NCBI GenBank assembly: GCA_013239625.1
Contig: MU053934.1
Span: 520,074 to 584,073, forward strand
Reading direction: 5' to 3'
DNA: 64,000 nucleotides
Source of the DNA: Lama guanicoe
Taxonomy: Eukaryota
Position numbers and translations under genes: made by a program. Below, piece by piece: positions 1 through 13,084 of this stretch. The notes below the pieces were generated by a model that saw only the letters and a list, made by a program, of their open reading frames with translations, did not search any database and was not told where the DNA came from. Positions within the stretch are counted from its first letter, which is position 1, and every line of letters begins with the position of its first letter.

Positions 1-981
1 ACTTACTTGCAAGGTCATTTTATTTCTTTACTGTCTTCCCCTCTAGAGTGTAAGTTCCATGGGGCTTGGTTCTTTCTAAGTAAAGTAAATAACACACTTT
101 ACTTTCAAATAATGGCTGATAATATTTTTCACCCAGTTTTAAACAGGAACTACAGAACACCTTAGAAACACCTTGACTTACCGCTTAACCAGAACCTCTG
201 TGAAAGCACTGGTGAGGCCAGCTTCAGTGCATGAGGACCATGAGGCATTCTGGTGACTTAAATCCAAGAGGTGATGTTATCATCCTTAGCAGGAAGTAAG
301 GGCAGGTGGAAATTGATCAGGATATCTTTTTTTTCCCCCCTGTGATCATCTTAAAAACAGGTCTTCATGGTGAAGTCTCAATACTCTTTCGAAATTTCTT
401 TTAATTTCTAGAATTTCAGATTTCCCCACTTGACACCAGATGTAAAATAATGGACATTTCAAAACCAAATACAATCAATTTTATGACTGGCCTTTGGAAT
501 ATCCTTCCTCCAAATTATCCATCAGGTGTCAACTCCTAACCCTCATGGGACTTCCAGACCCTGACTCAGTTGTCACCTCCTTGATGAAGCCTTCCCCATC
601 AGGCCGACCTCAGTTCCAGCAGAGTGAGAAAATCAAGCACTCAATTCAGGTTTTGAAAATCTGTGCATTTTAGTTCAAAAGGACTTGGTGAGAAGGTTTC
701 TTCCTCCCTTTTCAACTCTCAGTATGGCGCTAGTATTTCCTTATTGCCCTCCAACTCTCAACAAGGGGAACTGAGAATTCACACCACATGCTTCTGGCTG
801 GCAGCAGCACCTGGCCAGACTGTAACGCAGAGAGGATGGCTGGTCTGGTCATCTGCTACTCAGGGAGAGTGGTATCCGTTTCTTAAATCACCATAAATGT
901 ATTTACATAAACAATGAGGTTTTCAGAAGACGTGGCCAAACACTGAACAGGAAGACGGGAATGAGAGTTTACAAAGCCCTG

Positions 982-1100
982 CCCCACTGTAAACTTCTTG
1001 AGGGCAGGGATGGAGGGTCCAGCTGGTTCTCAGCCGTGTCCATGTACTTGACCGAGCACTCGGAACAAAGGAACCACTCAATAACTATTTGTGGAGGGAA
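982..1100 (+). mobile_element. LINE-2 3' end fragment
   Basis: ccactgtaaacttcttgagggcaggga...cactcaataactatttgt resembles the L2 3' terminus. Confidence 0.65.
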
Positions 1101-2329
1101 CCTGAGACTCAGGGACACACGCTGAATCGTGCTAGAGACAGCAGGAATGTAAACCACGTCTTCTTACTCCGAGCCCAAAATGTTTTTCAGCTTTGGAACT
1201 CTCTACCAAACGGCTTCAAAAGCCAATAAATATTTGTTAAGTGAATAAAGAGAAAACTAAGTAGTTCTTAACCTTGAGGCATTCATAACTCATCAGAAAT
1301 ACTTAGAACTCATACCACCCGGGGACTGCCATTTATCTTTCTGCCTTCAAAGAGACGATGAAAGACCAGGCTGTACCTCTGTGCAAGGTGACCAAAGTTG
1401 AGGTTTACCTTGACCGTCACAAAGACTGAGAAAGCCCACATGCACAGGATGCACCAGTCTGACATGCCACCTAAATTTAGCAAAATAGAAGATAAAATTG
1501 ATGGGTATTCCCAAAAGCTGGTTTGCATCTTTTTTCCACAGCAATACCTATCCAGAATATTTATTTAGATGACTTCTGAAGTTTCAATCCTTTTTTTTTT
1601 TTTTTTGCTCCAAAATGCCCGCAGGCACATGTCCCTTCAAGGTGAACATCAAGTTACAAATTCTACCAAAAACAACCGCAATAACTTTTCTTTTTATACG
1701 CCATAAACACAATTTCCTTAAGAGAGCATAAGAAGCTCTGTTCGGTAACTTGCATTAGCCATGACGACAAGACGTTTAAGTGAAGAAAGAACCCGCTTTC
1801 CTAGAAGTCAGTACGGAAAGCTCAGGAACGGATGAGATAAATTAAGAAGTCCATGTGCTCTATGCTGAAAAAGTATAGCCATCTTCAAACTTTCACCAAG
1901 CAATTTTGATGTGAGGAGGATAGTCTGACAGCAGAGCTAAAGAAAAAAACAGTAAAAGGCAGTCCAGCAGGCGGGTGTGGGGCCACTTCCGATAGGGGCG
2001 AAGTGTTCTTCACGCCTCAGAAATTCCCAGGACGACAGGACGGTACAAAGATGAAATGAGTCACGTGGTAAAAAGTTTAAAGAACAGTCAGACTCTTCTG
2101 TTAGAGAAGGGAGAAAAATACAAGCTGAGACCAGTTGCCAGGATATAATTATGCACTTTGTTTTTGTTTTGGGAAACTGTGCTGCTTAGGGGGCAAACTG
2201 TCCTTTCATTTGGAAATTCACCCACCTGTATGGAACACTTCACGGCTAACAATGCCTTAGCATGAGGTTTGGGGGCATTTTATGCATAAATTTTCATAGG
2301 ACTAAAACTGCTAAGCTGTGTTATTATTA

Positions 2330-2560
2330 AAGGGAAGGGATAAATTGGGAGTTGGAGATTTGCAGATATAACTACTAGCTATAAAATAGATAGACAACAG
2401 GTTTACCCTGTAGAGCACAGGAAACTATATTCAATATCTTGTAGTAACCTATAATGAAAAAGAATGTGAAAAAGAAGATATGTATGTTCATGCATGACTG
2501 AAACATTATGCTGTGCACCAGAAATTGACACATTGTAAACTGACTATACTTCACTTAAAA
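2330..2560 (+). mobile_element. 5'-truncated L1 3' UTR/tail (cetartiodactyl/camelid-type)
   Basis: gggataaattgggag...gctgtgcaccagaaattgacacattgtaaactgactatacttca plus A-tail; same sequence recurs at 3625, 33395, 35691 and 43307. Confidence 0.85.
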
Positions 2561-3624
2561 ATTATTATGCTAATAAAAATGATGCATTAATAATAATGAT
2601 GATCGATATTACTTTGCCATATTATTTATTAATATACTAATAATAGCTTAATATTAGCATGTAATATAATGTTAGGTTATCATATTACATATGTGTGACA
2701 TAATCTATTAGATTATTATACAGAAATCATTATGGACTTTCACATGAAGGCTAAGCCAAAGGCTTAACTACCACTATTACTAGCAGCACTGGTACTACTA
2801 GTATCACTACTACAGCACTACTAGTGCCACAGCACTAATAACTGCTACCACCATCTTTCTGGTAAAAAACATTGTGCGTCTTCTTTGTGTCTAAGGGAAA
2901 GGCGACCTTCACGTGTCTCCTTTGTTACATGCCCACTGCATGCTGGGATAGGCAGACCCTGGGTGGGCTCACAGTGCCCTAATGGGTAAATGGCATTATT
3001 ATCACTTGTCCCCTTTCCTGCGGAATGGGATGCCAGAGAGGCTGAGTGGATGCCAAGGCGCCCTGCCACCAGCACAGGGCTGATGTCTAGACTCTGACGC
3101 ACCAGCTCCAAGGCCGGTGTTATTTGACTCTGGGTGACAGGACACACCAGGACTGCAAACTTCCTGGGATCAGACACGTTAGGAGGAGAAAAGCATGACC
3201 AGGGAAATCTGTTATTGGGGACTCCCCACGAGGAGGGCAGGATGTTGGGGGATCAGGAAAGAACGGGAAGCATCTTTCACACCCTTACGGCCACACGAGA
3301 AACCAGACTAGTTGTCACATGTTCAAAAACAAAAAACAAAGCACACAAACCAAAAACACAACAGGCATCTAGACTTTTCCTCCATAGGAAGTACAGGCAT
3401 TGCCAAGCCCCTGCCAAACCGTCCACACCAGTGTCTCCCCGCACTTCTCTACCCAACCGATTCCCCAGGAGAACTCAGACTTCCCATCCCGCCATGTCCA
3501 GGAGTTTCTCCAAAACCCCACACCCTCCAAAAAGAAAGGAAAAGGCAGGGGGAGGAGCAGAAGTGGCTAACATTGAATGTCTAGTCTGTGTTCAGTACTA
3601 TCTTATTCAGTATCCATGAACCAC

Positions 3625-3936
3625 TTTTTTTTTTAATTGAAGTGTAGTCAGTTTACAATGTTGTGTCAATTTCTGGTGTACACCATAATGCTTCAGATAT
3701 CTATACACATACATATATTTGTTTTCATATTCTTTTTCTTTATCGGTTACTACAAGATATTGAATATAGTTCTCTGTGTTAAACAGCAGAAATTTGTTGT
3801 TTATCTGTCCTACGTATAGTAGTTAGCATCTGCAAATCTCGAACTCCCAATTTATCCCTTCCCACTCTCTTCCCCCTCCGGTAACCATAAGTTTGTTTTC
3901 TAGGTCTGTGAGTCTGTTTCTGTTTTGTAAATAAGT
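3625..3936 (-). mobile_element. 5'-truncated L1 3' end
   Basis: poly-T then aattgaagtgtagtcagtttacaatgttgtgtcaatttctggtgtac...ccataagtttgttttc...gagtctgtttctg. Confidence 0.9.
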
Positions 3937-5709
3937 GCATGTGTGTCTCCAGGAACCACTTTTCACAAAAAGAACAAAGACTCCTGAGTGCATCTGGAGA
4001 AGGGAGCTCCAGGACTGGCTGAGCCATCGCATGCAACGCTGCCCATATTTCTGCGATGCCCATCACACTCTTAAAGCATTTCCGAGGCAGGTGTCATCGT
4101 CACTCACATTAGAGCCCCAGGGAAGACTTGGATAACTTGTCTCCAAAGTTTAAAACCTTACTCTCTCTCACCATCCTGGATCGCTCCAGGGTTGCCAATT
4201 TCCAAAAAAAACGTAACAGCTAGGGGAGAAAGTAAAACAGCCCACGTCTGGTAACAGATACTAGCCTTTTCCAGATTTAAAGGAGGAAGGAGACCATGTC
4301 TCTGCTCCTGCCTGGCATCCGTACTGCCTCCTGCAACTGAGCAGAAACAACCCTCCAAACCAGGGAACAGCGGCTCCCAACAGCTCCCCCATATTTATTT
4401 AAATCAGGACTCAAGTTTCGTTTTATTACAATTCCACTGTGGGAATGGAAGCCGGCACTGCCCAACTCCCACCTGTAAATCTGAAACCCAGCGCAGGCTG
4501 TGAGTGTGAAGTAACGAACTCCTCTCCTCCCTGAAGGGTTTTCCTTCCAGAGTACGGATGGCTGCTGTCACTTTCTGAGTCCCTCCTTCCTGCCACCCCG
4601 AGAACACACGGAAACTTCCCCCTGCATGGAACCTCCCCCAGCTTGTCTTCTAATCTGCCTGGCAGGTTTGCATACTTCCTCATCTCTGCAGACCTCTGCT
4701 TATTTAAATGAAGCAAGCCCCCTTTCCCCTCCAAACTCTCTTTTTATTGCCTCTCTGTTATAATCAGAAAAGAAGGGCAGTGTGAGACTCTCTAGCTTTT
4801 ACGCAAATAGATCTAAAAACAAAGAAAAACTAATAAAAATGGAATTGATAAAGGCAGCGTCTTTCGCTTTCTGTTTTTTTGTGTGGTTTTGCTGCTGCTG
4901 TTGTTGTTGATGATTTTGGCTTCCAAGTTTTCACTAGGACCTCTTTCTCTCACAAGTGCAGGGAAAATAAAGAACAACCCAGGCTCAGATATGGTAAGGC
5001 TGCCAGCAGGAAGATAAGTTTACACTTGATGTGATGGTCTCCCTCCTAAACTCACAAACCCACAAGCTTCCCAGGACCCGCGTTCAGGTCCACGAAGTGT
5101 GTGTCTGGGCCCCATGGGTAGAATTTGTGAATCATTTGCAAAGGCTGAATGACACTGTGCAGCTGTCTTTTCCCAGATACTGGACCACAAAAGATGATGT
5201 CTGTCTCTGGTGGGAAGGAAGGAGGGAGGAGGAGGAGGGAGGGGCCAAAAGCCCTGGCATCATGCAAGCACCAGCAGTCCCAGCAGGGCCTTGAGGACTC
5301 GGGCTGGAGTGTGAGGCATCTGTCCAGAGACCAAGTTTTTTCAGTCAAAACTGCTCTTGGGAGGAGCCCAGAAGCAGCGAATCTCACAGGAACCAGGTGC
5401 TGTCATAGCTGATCGCCTCGGCTCCGTGGGCAGAGACTTCAAACCCAACTCACCCCTTCCTGCCGTGTCGCCTTGGGCAGTCACACAAATTCCCTAAACG
5501 CAGTTTCCTCATCTGCCCAGCAGCCAGACTCAATCACCCCAAGTGGGAGGGGCACTCTCGGGAGTGGAAGGAAGCCCATGAGGCCAAAATACCAGAAGGT
5601 GGTTGAACTATGACCATATAAGGAGTGTTTGCCTCAGTCTTTACCAAGGGATAGGACTCAGTGAATGGTTGTAGTAATCGTGGGTCCTCTTTTAAGAGAA
5701 CTGATCTTT

Positions 5710-6425
5710 TTTTTAATTGAAGTATAGTTGATGTACAATGTTGTGTTCGTTTCTGGTGTACAGCAAGTTATTCAGTTATACATACATATACATATTATTT
5801 TTCATATTCTTTTCCGTTATGGTTTATTGCAGGATACTGAGTATAGTTCCCTGTGTTGTACAGTAGGACCTTGTGGTTTATTTATTTTATACATAGTAAT
5901 TTGTATCTGCTAATCCCAAACTCCTAACTTATCCCACCCTGCTTCCCCTTTGTTAACCATAAGTTTGTTTTCCATGTCTGTGAGTGTTTCTGTTTCATAA
6001 ATAAGTTCATTTGCATTCATATTTTGGACTCCACATATAAGTGATACCATATGGTCCTTGTCTTTCTCTTTCTGATTTACTTCACTTAGTATGACAACCT
6101 CCAGATCCATCCATGTCACTGCAAATGGCATTATTTCATTTTTCCTGGCTGAGTACTATTCCTTGTTTATGTCTATCACAACTTCTTTATCCATTCACGT
6201 GTCAGTGGACATTTAGGTTGATTCTACGTCTTGGCTACTGTAAATAGTGCTGCTATGAACACCGGGGTGCATGTATCATTTCAAATTAGAGTTTTCTCCA
6301 GTTATATGCCCAACAGTGGGCTTGCTGGATCCTATGGTAACTCTATATTTAGTTGTTTAAGGGACTTCCATAGTGTTTTCCATAGTGAAAACATCAACTG
6401 ACATTCCCACCAACAGTGTTGGAGG
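5710..6425 (-). mobile_element. 5'-truncated L1 with 17-bp target-site duplication
   Basis: L1 3' end in antisense (track ORF 5910-6131 MPFAVTWMDLE.. is L1 ORF2 C-terminus-like); TSD taagagaactgatcttt at 5693-5709 and 6426-6442. Confidence 0.92.
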
Positions 6426-6769
6426 TAAGAGAACTGATCTTTAAAGAAGTTTAAATTCAGGCTCCATCTTTGTCAACTGGATCGCCTGGTAGAAATTACT
6501 GAATCTCTCAGCCTCAGTGTCTTCATCTAAAACGTGGGCTGACAACAGTAGCAAGCTCAGCGTGCAATAATGCAACTAAAGCAATTAGACCGGTACCTGG
6601 CAGGCAGTACCTATTCAGTTAACCCTTAGCCGTAATATTTACTGTTACTTACTTTCATTTCTGTACACAGATGTAACCAATTTGATTCTTGCAGCAATCA
6701 TGACTACATATACATTCATGGATATATGTATATGAGGTTGTATAAATGTGTGTGTGTATACACAGTAGA

Positions 6770-6990
6770 CATAATGATTAAGAGTGTAGACTCTGGAGCC
6801 AGACTGCCTAGGTTCAAATCCTGCCTCTGCCACTAATAGGCTGTGTGACTTTGTGCAAGTCAGCTGATGTCTCTGGGCCTCAATTTCATCATCTGTAAAA
6901 TGTGATAAAAACTGTACCTACCTCATAGCAATTCTGTGATGTCTAAGTATGTATATATATATATATGTAGCTTAAAACATATTAAGTGCT
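6770..6990 (+). mobile_element. MIR SINE
   Basis: ttaagagtgtagactctggagccagactgcctaggttcaaatcc...ctgtgtgactttg...catctgtaaaatg core. Confidence 0.9.
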
Positions 6991-8164
6991 CAAATATTAC
7001 ACAGGAAATACAGACATAAATACCTGCATTATCTAATTTAATTTAACATGTTCTTGGACTCTTTTCTGAGGGTCAGTTTCAATGAGAAATAAAGAACAAA
7101 CTGCTAAGAAGCAAAAACATTAGAAGGCAGGGAGGGGGAGCACCTGGAAGAAGTCGTGACCTCTAACACACTTGGAGGGGGCATCTCAAATTACCTAAAA
7201 CTCTAATAAGAAAAGTAAAATAAACCTTCAAAACAATAAATCAGAGGAGGAGAGCTGTCAGGAACTGGATCTGCCTTGAAAAATGATCAGACCAGAGAAG
7301 AACACAATACAAGAATCTAAGAGAAAGAAAAATAGCAAAACCCCTCTTGTGGGAGACCCCAGGGAATGAGAGAGACCCAGACAAGGTGGAAGGGGAGGGG
7401 GCATTTCTACCTTAATGTTGACGTGGTAAGACCCAGGCTCTTCTAAAAGCATCTCGGAAGACGCTCGTTAAAATGGGACCCTGCAAAGAACACTAGAAAC
7501 AGGTCGGGTGGGTGGGTGCATGAGTGGGTGGCAGAAGTAGGCAGATGACAGGGGTGGAAAGGAGACCCCTTCAGTCAGGCCATCCGCCTTCCCTTCTGCT
7601 TCTCAGCTTCCATCACCTTCCCTGGAGGACACTCCGCAGCCCCACCCAGGCCTGGAGCGATGACTTCCGGACACTGTTGTCTGCTTGCTTTCCCTGCCTC
7701 TACAGCCATCTGCTCCTCTTCCCTCCTCCCCAAAGGTCCCAGAGGACCCAGCTGTTTGGGTTTGGGGAGGAGTTTACCACCCCAAGTGTTGTGGTTCCAA
7801 TCAGCGTAATTAAAGCCCCGTGCCAGTGACTGGCGCAGGGTGCATGTGTGTGTCTGAGTGTGTGCGTGAGTGTCTGAGTTGCTCTGATTACCATGGTGGT
7901 TGGGGGGAGAGCAGCCCCCAACCTGGAAGAGGACACAGTCCAGAAGTTTGCCTGAGACACAGTCCGAGCCCTGGTCAGTCTCGCCTGAAGTCCACAGTCG
8001 TCAGCGCTTGTCTTTTTCCCTATTTTTTTTGTTGACTCCTCTGCCGAAGCAACATTTTACATTTCGATTAAGCCCAATTTATCCTCTGCGTTTGTTTGTT
8101 TGTTGTGAGTTGTGCTTTGTGTGTCCCTTCCTGCCCTTTTTAAATCCAAGATTAGGAAAGGCAC

Positions 8165-8330
8165 TCGGGCTGATTCCTTAACCTCCCCTCATGACTCGGT
8201 TTCCTCATATGTAAAACGGGGACAGTAGTCCTAGCACTGCTTCTTGAGTTATTTTAAGAATGCAGAGTTGAACTATATAAAGCACTAGCACACAGTGCTC
8301 AACGCTCAGTACTTGCTGTGGTTATTATTA
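8165..8330 (+). mobile_element. MIR SINE fragment
   Basis: ctcggtttcctcatatgtaaaacggggacagtag...agcactagcacacagtg. Confidence 0.7.
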
Positions 8331-9317
8331 TTAGGAAATGTGTAATACCTCCCTTCGCTCAGACCACCTTGGGAAAGTCCTGAGAGCAGATGCCTGATCA
8401 TTAACATGAAAAAAATGCGGGCACACCCACGTCTGCACAAAGGGAAGAGCTGATGGAGGCAGAGATGCCCAAAGAAGGCTCTGCACACAGAAATCAAGCC
8501 AAGTTTCTCAAACACAAAGTAAATGAGGAATAAAAAGAAACTGTGACCCCAGGCAAAGCCAAAAATAAAATCTATAATTTGGTTTCTTCGACTCACAGCT
8601 GCCGACTCCATAACCGCTATACTCCCTGCGAAGGGCTCGGAACTCCAAAGGCAGCACGAGAAAGGGGGCTTCGGACCCAATCCACTTCGAGAAGAGTTCT
8701 TACTTAGACCCTGTGGGACGCTCCAGACCGCTCAGTTTGGGTGTCTTCTTCGATGACCACCGGGAGGTGAGGGAGGGGAACAGCCACCTGCCTTAGGACA
8801 TGGCTGGGTCCCCAGTTGTGTACTAGCGGGTGGCCTTGTGCCAGCTGAACCCCAGATGAAAAGAGTATTTTAAATTAGCCTTTGGAGGACTCACACAAGA
8901 GAGGGTTCTCTTCCCTTTGCGTTTCTTAAATGGCCATGAAGGCAGAGACAGAGAACAGCCCCTGGGCTGACCCCCTTTCTCGGATAATTGAGGACACACA
9001 GTAGGGTGACAACTTCACTTACCACCCAACCTCTCTCCCTACCGGGATGAATTCGGCACATGCTCCTGTGTGACCCTAAGGAGCCTTATGCCCAAAACTT
9101 TCCACCCAGAAGTCTTTGCTTCTGTATCTATCCCCTCCCCCTAGACCACACCCAGGAGGGCAGGGACCCTACTCAACTCTGTACCCTCGTGGCAACACTG
9201 GATGCAGGCGTGAATGAATAAGTGGGTGAGCGGGTAGACAGAGAAGTGGATGGATAGGCAGACGAACTCGAAAACTAAACGAACTGGGCAAACTTGAAAA
9301 CTAAATGAAGAGTAAGG

Positions 9318-9622
9318 AACAGACTCACAGACATAGAAAACAAACTTATAGTTACCAACGGGGACAGGTGGGGAGGGATAAATTAGGAGTTTGGGATTAG
9401 CAGATACAAACTACCACATATAAAACAGATAAGCAACAAGGACCTACTGTCTAGAACAAGGAACTATATTTGATGTTGTAATAACCTATAATGGGAAGAA
9501 TCTGAAAACATATATATATATATGTATGTATATGTATAACCGAATCACTTTGCTGTACACCTGAAACTAACACAACATTGTAAATCAACTATACATCAAT
9601 AAAAAATTAATAAATTTAAAAA
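9318..9622 (+). mobile_element. 5'-truncated L1 3' end
   Basis: acagactcacagacatagaaaacaaacttat...gctgtacacctgaaactaacacaacattgtaaatcaactatac plus A-tail; imperfect TSD gaagagtaagg/gaaaagtaagg. Confidence 0.9.
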
Positions 9623-10071
9623 GAAAAGTAAGGGACACCAGGAAAGAGCAATTCTTTCTTCAAATCACCCAACTCTACTGAACCTCGCAGTCACTTCTGT
9701 CACTCCCCTAAGACAAGCGTCGTAAACCTCTCTGTAATAAAAGCTACCGTTACGTCACGGAAGTGGAGAGCACTTTATTTCCCCAAAGTTCGAGGAATTC
9801 TGCTTTTATAGAACTTAAATTTTCAGTATCAAATTGAGATTGTATTTGTCTATGTCTATCATCTCTGGAGCTCACAACAGTGCCCCATAAGTGGAACACG
9901 TCATCCCCGAACCGTGAGTTGGTTTCTGAAGGTCAACTCGCCTGGAGATCTGGACATTTTACAATGTGTTATGTACAGAGCGAGACTCAGGAAATGCTAA
10001 TGGCATTCATTAGTCTGTACGGTAAGATGATTGTCGAATAAAGAAAACAACCAAAAAAAAGGGGGTGGGGG

Positions 10072-10585
10072 TGTCAGGGTTCCCCAGGTTCCATGACTCT
10101 CCAGGAGGACTCACAGGACCCAGCATTGACTCACACACACTTATGGCTATGACCTACTACAGCCAAAAGACCCAAGAAGAATCAAATCAGCAAAGGGTAA
10201 AGGAACATGGGCAAAGCCCAGAGGAAACCAGGCACAAGCTCGAGGGTCCTCTCCCAACGGAGTCACTGAGGACGCACCTAATTCACCTAGCAACGAGTTT
10301 TTCCAACACAGGGGAAGCTCCTTGGAGACTCAGTGCCCAGCATTTTCACTGGGGACTGGTCAGATGGGCATCCTTTGCCTCTCATGTACCAAAAGCCTGG
10401 ACTCCCAGAAGGAGTCAAAGTGCTCAGCAAAACTGTACTGTTTTTACAAACGGTTTAAGCACAGGGAGCAACTCTTCTCAATTCTGGGAAAGGTGGGCAC
10501 CTTCCTAAAATCCAAGTTTTCAGAAGGGAGTCAAGGGCTTTCTATGGATAGCAGTCTGGTCTGTTAAGTTAATTTCTTCTGCACA
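10072..10585 (-). mobile_element. solo LTR, MER68/MER77 (MER21-group)-like
   Basis: TG...CA ends; internal ggactcacaggacccagc...aatcagcaaaggg...gaggaaaccaggcacaagc typical of this LTR group. Confidence 0.75.
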
Positions 10586-11229
10586 AGGGATACAATCAAA
10601 TGAATTTGGCCAGAGCAGTCTTCTTGGGAAGTCATTCACTGATTCCAATAACGCTGCCTTTGTTCACAGCAGTTGGAGATTTCTCTTTGACAATCGCCTT
10701 GGAGCCCTACATGCAAAATGTTTGACTTTTCAACCCATGAAGGTGGACCTGACCTGCAATAAACAAGGTATGCACAAGCCTCTTTGGTTCAAACCATGAG
10801 TTAACAATAAAATAGTGAAACTGGATCTTCCTGTCTGGGTCTCCAAGCACAGAGGGCAAGGAACATCCCTCCATTCATTCCTCAAACATGGATTTGGTAC
10901 CTTCTAAATGTCAGATAATTTCTTAGTTGCTAGGGACACATGCATGAAAAAAAGGGCTGCAAGAGAGCCCCAGCCCGGCTCACTGCCTTTTTCTACTGTA
11001 AACATTGACCATGCACACATCTGGGGACCGCTGCCCATGGAACACTTCGCAGCCAGCTGTACATCTGTGTGGTTCTGATACCTGGAGCAACCTACTTCTA
11101 CTTTCCCCTGGGAGTAAGACTGCAACTTGTTGCCTTAAAAAAAAAAATCTGTTTTTAAATTAACTAAACCAGCCCAGTGCACCCCAGATTCTGTTTTCCA
11201 GAGCACAGAGAGAGTATGGCCAAGTTCAG

Positions 11230-11640
11230 GCCCCTCTTCTCTGCTCATACTCATTTCCTGGCCAATCCCTGCCAGGCTCATGGCCTTAAACACCACCTAC
11301 AAGCTGGTAACTCCCAACCGATTATCTCTCATCCCAGCCTTGCCCTGGGACCCCAGGCTCATGGCCAACTGCATAACCCAGTGTCTTCACTTGGGTATCA
11401 AAAAGGCACCGTTAATTCTCTAAGACTAACGCCAAACTACTAACATCCTCTTCCAAACTGGTTACTCTTGTGACTTTCCCCATTAGGGTAAATCGAAGCC
11501 CCCTCCCCCTTCCTTCCAGTGGCTCAAATGAGAAACAAGATTCACCACTGACTCCGGTCTTTCTGTTGCTCTCCACATCCAGTGTGTTGATCTGGTCTTG
11601 AAAACATCCTGATTCTGATCACTGCCCACCACTGGTTCCC
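11230..11640 (+). mobile_element. LINE-2 internal fragment
   Basis: catggccttaaacaccacctacaagctggtaactcccaa..., gtgtcttcacttgggtatc... are L2-like. Confidence 0.65.
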
Positions 11641-11774
11641 TCCGTCATTCCCCCACCCTTTGTAGGCATGCCCCATTTCCCTTCCCTTTCTTTTCTTAAA
11701 TGTTTCTAAATTTCTAAAATGGTCACTATCACTATGAACTTGGCCGAATGTCCACCTTTCTCCTTAGCACTTTT

Positions 11775-12065
11775 TCTTACTGTTGTAAAAAATGTATTCA
11801 AGTGAAATGCAATATACCATAAAATTAACTATTTTAAAGTGAACAATCTGCCATGTTGCACAATCAGCATCTCCACCTAGTTCCAAAACATTTCCATCAC
11901 TCCAAATGAACCCGCCGTCCACTGGGCAGTCTTTCCCCATTCTCTCTTCCCCACAGGCCTTGGTAATGATTGGGCTGGATTTTGTCTCCATAGAGTAACT
12001 ATTCTGGGTATTTCATGTAAATGGAATTATATAATATGGGACTTTTCTAGTGTCTGACTTCTTTC
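11775..12065 (-). mobile_element. old L1M 3' fragment
   Basis: taccataaaattaactattttaaagtgaacaat...ccaaaacatttccatcactccaaa...atttcatgtaaatggaat. Confidence 0.8.
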
Positions 12066-12074
12066 CCTGCCCCT

Positions 12075-12245
12075 CATTAGAACTTAATTTATGACAACAG
12101 TCTTTGTGTTTTTCACCACTGTATTCCTCGTACCAAAGAGCAGTGCATGGCCAAAAAAAAAAAAAAAAAGCCAGTAGGCAAAAATAAGCGTTTGTTAAAT
12201 GAATGAACGGATGGACAGAGAGAGGAATGAATGAATGAATGAGTC
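12075..12245 (+). mobile_element. LINE-2 3' end with (TGAA)n tail
   Basis: ttcaccactgtattcctcgtacc...ttgttaaatgaatgaa...gaatgaatgaatgaatga. Confidence 0.7.
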
Positions 12246-12819
12246 AATGGGCTGTATCCAGAGGGAGAAGGAAGAAGTAAAAGCTGACTCATGCCAGGTT
12301 CCCTGGAGGAGCTGTGAGAGGAGCTCTGGGAGGACCAGACTGCAGCAAACTCGGCTACAGACATGCCTCAGCACGCCGCAGAGTCTCTGAGTCCTGCCTC
12401 CCGGACAGCCAAGGGCCTTATAGATGAACCTGGACCATTTTTGGGACACAGTGCTTACAGAACCTTCAGCAGAAACACATCTTTATGTAGTCACAGATCG
12501 GACAAGGACAAATAGCTCCTTGAACACTTTCCAGGAACATGGCTACAGCATCACATTGAAATTATCTGTCATATGACATCTCCCCAACTATAAGCTCCTT
12601 GAAGGTGGGAAGAGAGCTGATTCTTCTTTGAATTCTGGCCCCCGGAGCAGTGTTCAGGCTTATGAAGCTTCTCAGGGGTACCAGCTGCCCTGCTCAGAGG
12701 GGGACAAGACTCAGGGCTGCCCTCAAATCCTCTTCCTTACACCTTCAAACCGTGCAATTCCCAGAACCACAGCTTGATCGGTAGTTGGGTGCCTCAGGCA
12801 AGACCACAGCAAGTCACAA

Positions 12820-13055
12820 AGAGCAAAGCCTTAGAGAGAGCTTGCCTGGATACAAACCCACCCAGGGCTGCCACTTCCAAGCTGTGTGACACTGGCTGAA
12901 TTTCCCAGCTGCTCTGTGCTCAGTTTCACCACCTGCAAAATCAGGATGACAGACATGATATCTGCCTCACAGGACTGCTGGGGATTAAATGAGCTGATCC
13001 ATACAAAGCGCTTAGAATAGCGACCAGCACACAGTAGGTGCTTAACGAGGGTTCA
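12820..13055 (+). mobile_element. MIR SINE
   Basis: ctgccacttccaagctgtgtgac...ctcagtttcaccacctgcaaaat...gattaaatgag...agcgcttagaatag. Confidence 0.8.
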
Positions 13056-13084
13056 CTTTCAAAATCAGGTCTTAACTTCTCTTC

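Noticed and set aside
5910..6131. ORF MPFAVTWMDLEVVILSEV
   Set aside because: Degenerate L1 ORF2 C-terminus, not a host gene.
9265..9310. 19-bp imperfect direct repeat aactcgaaaactaaacgaa / aacttgaaaactaaatgaa
   Set aside because: Two copies only; a trivial local duplication, not an array.
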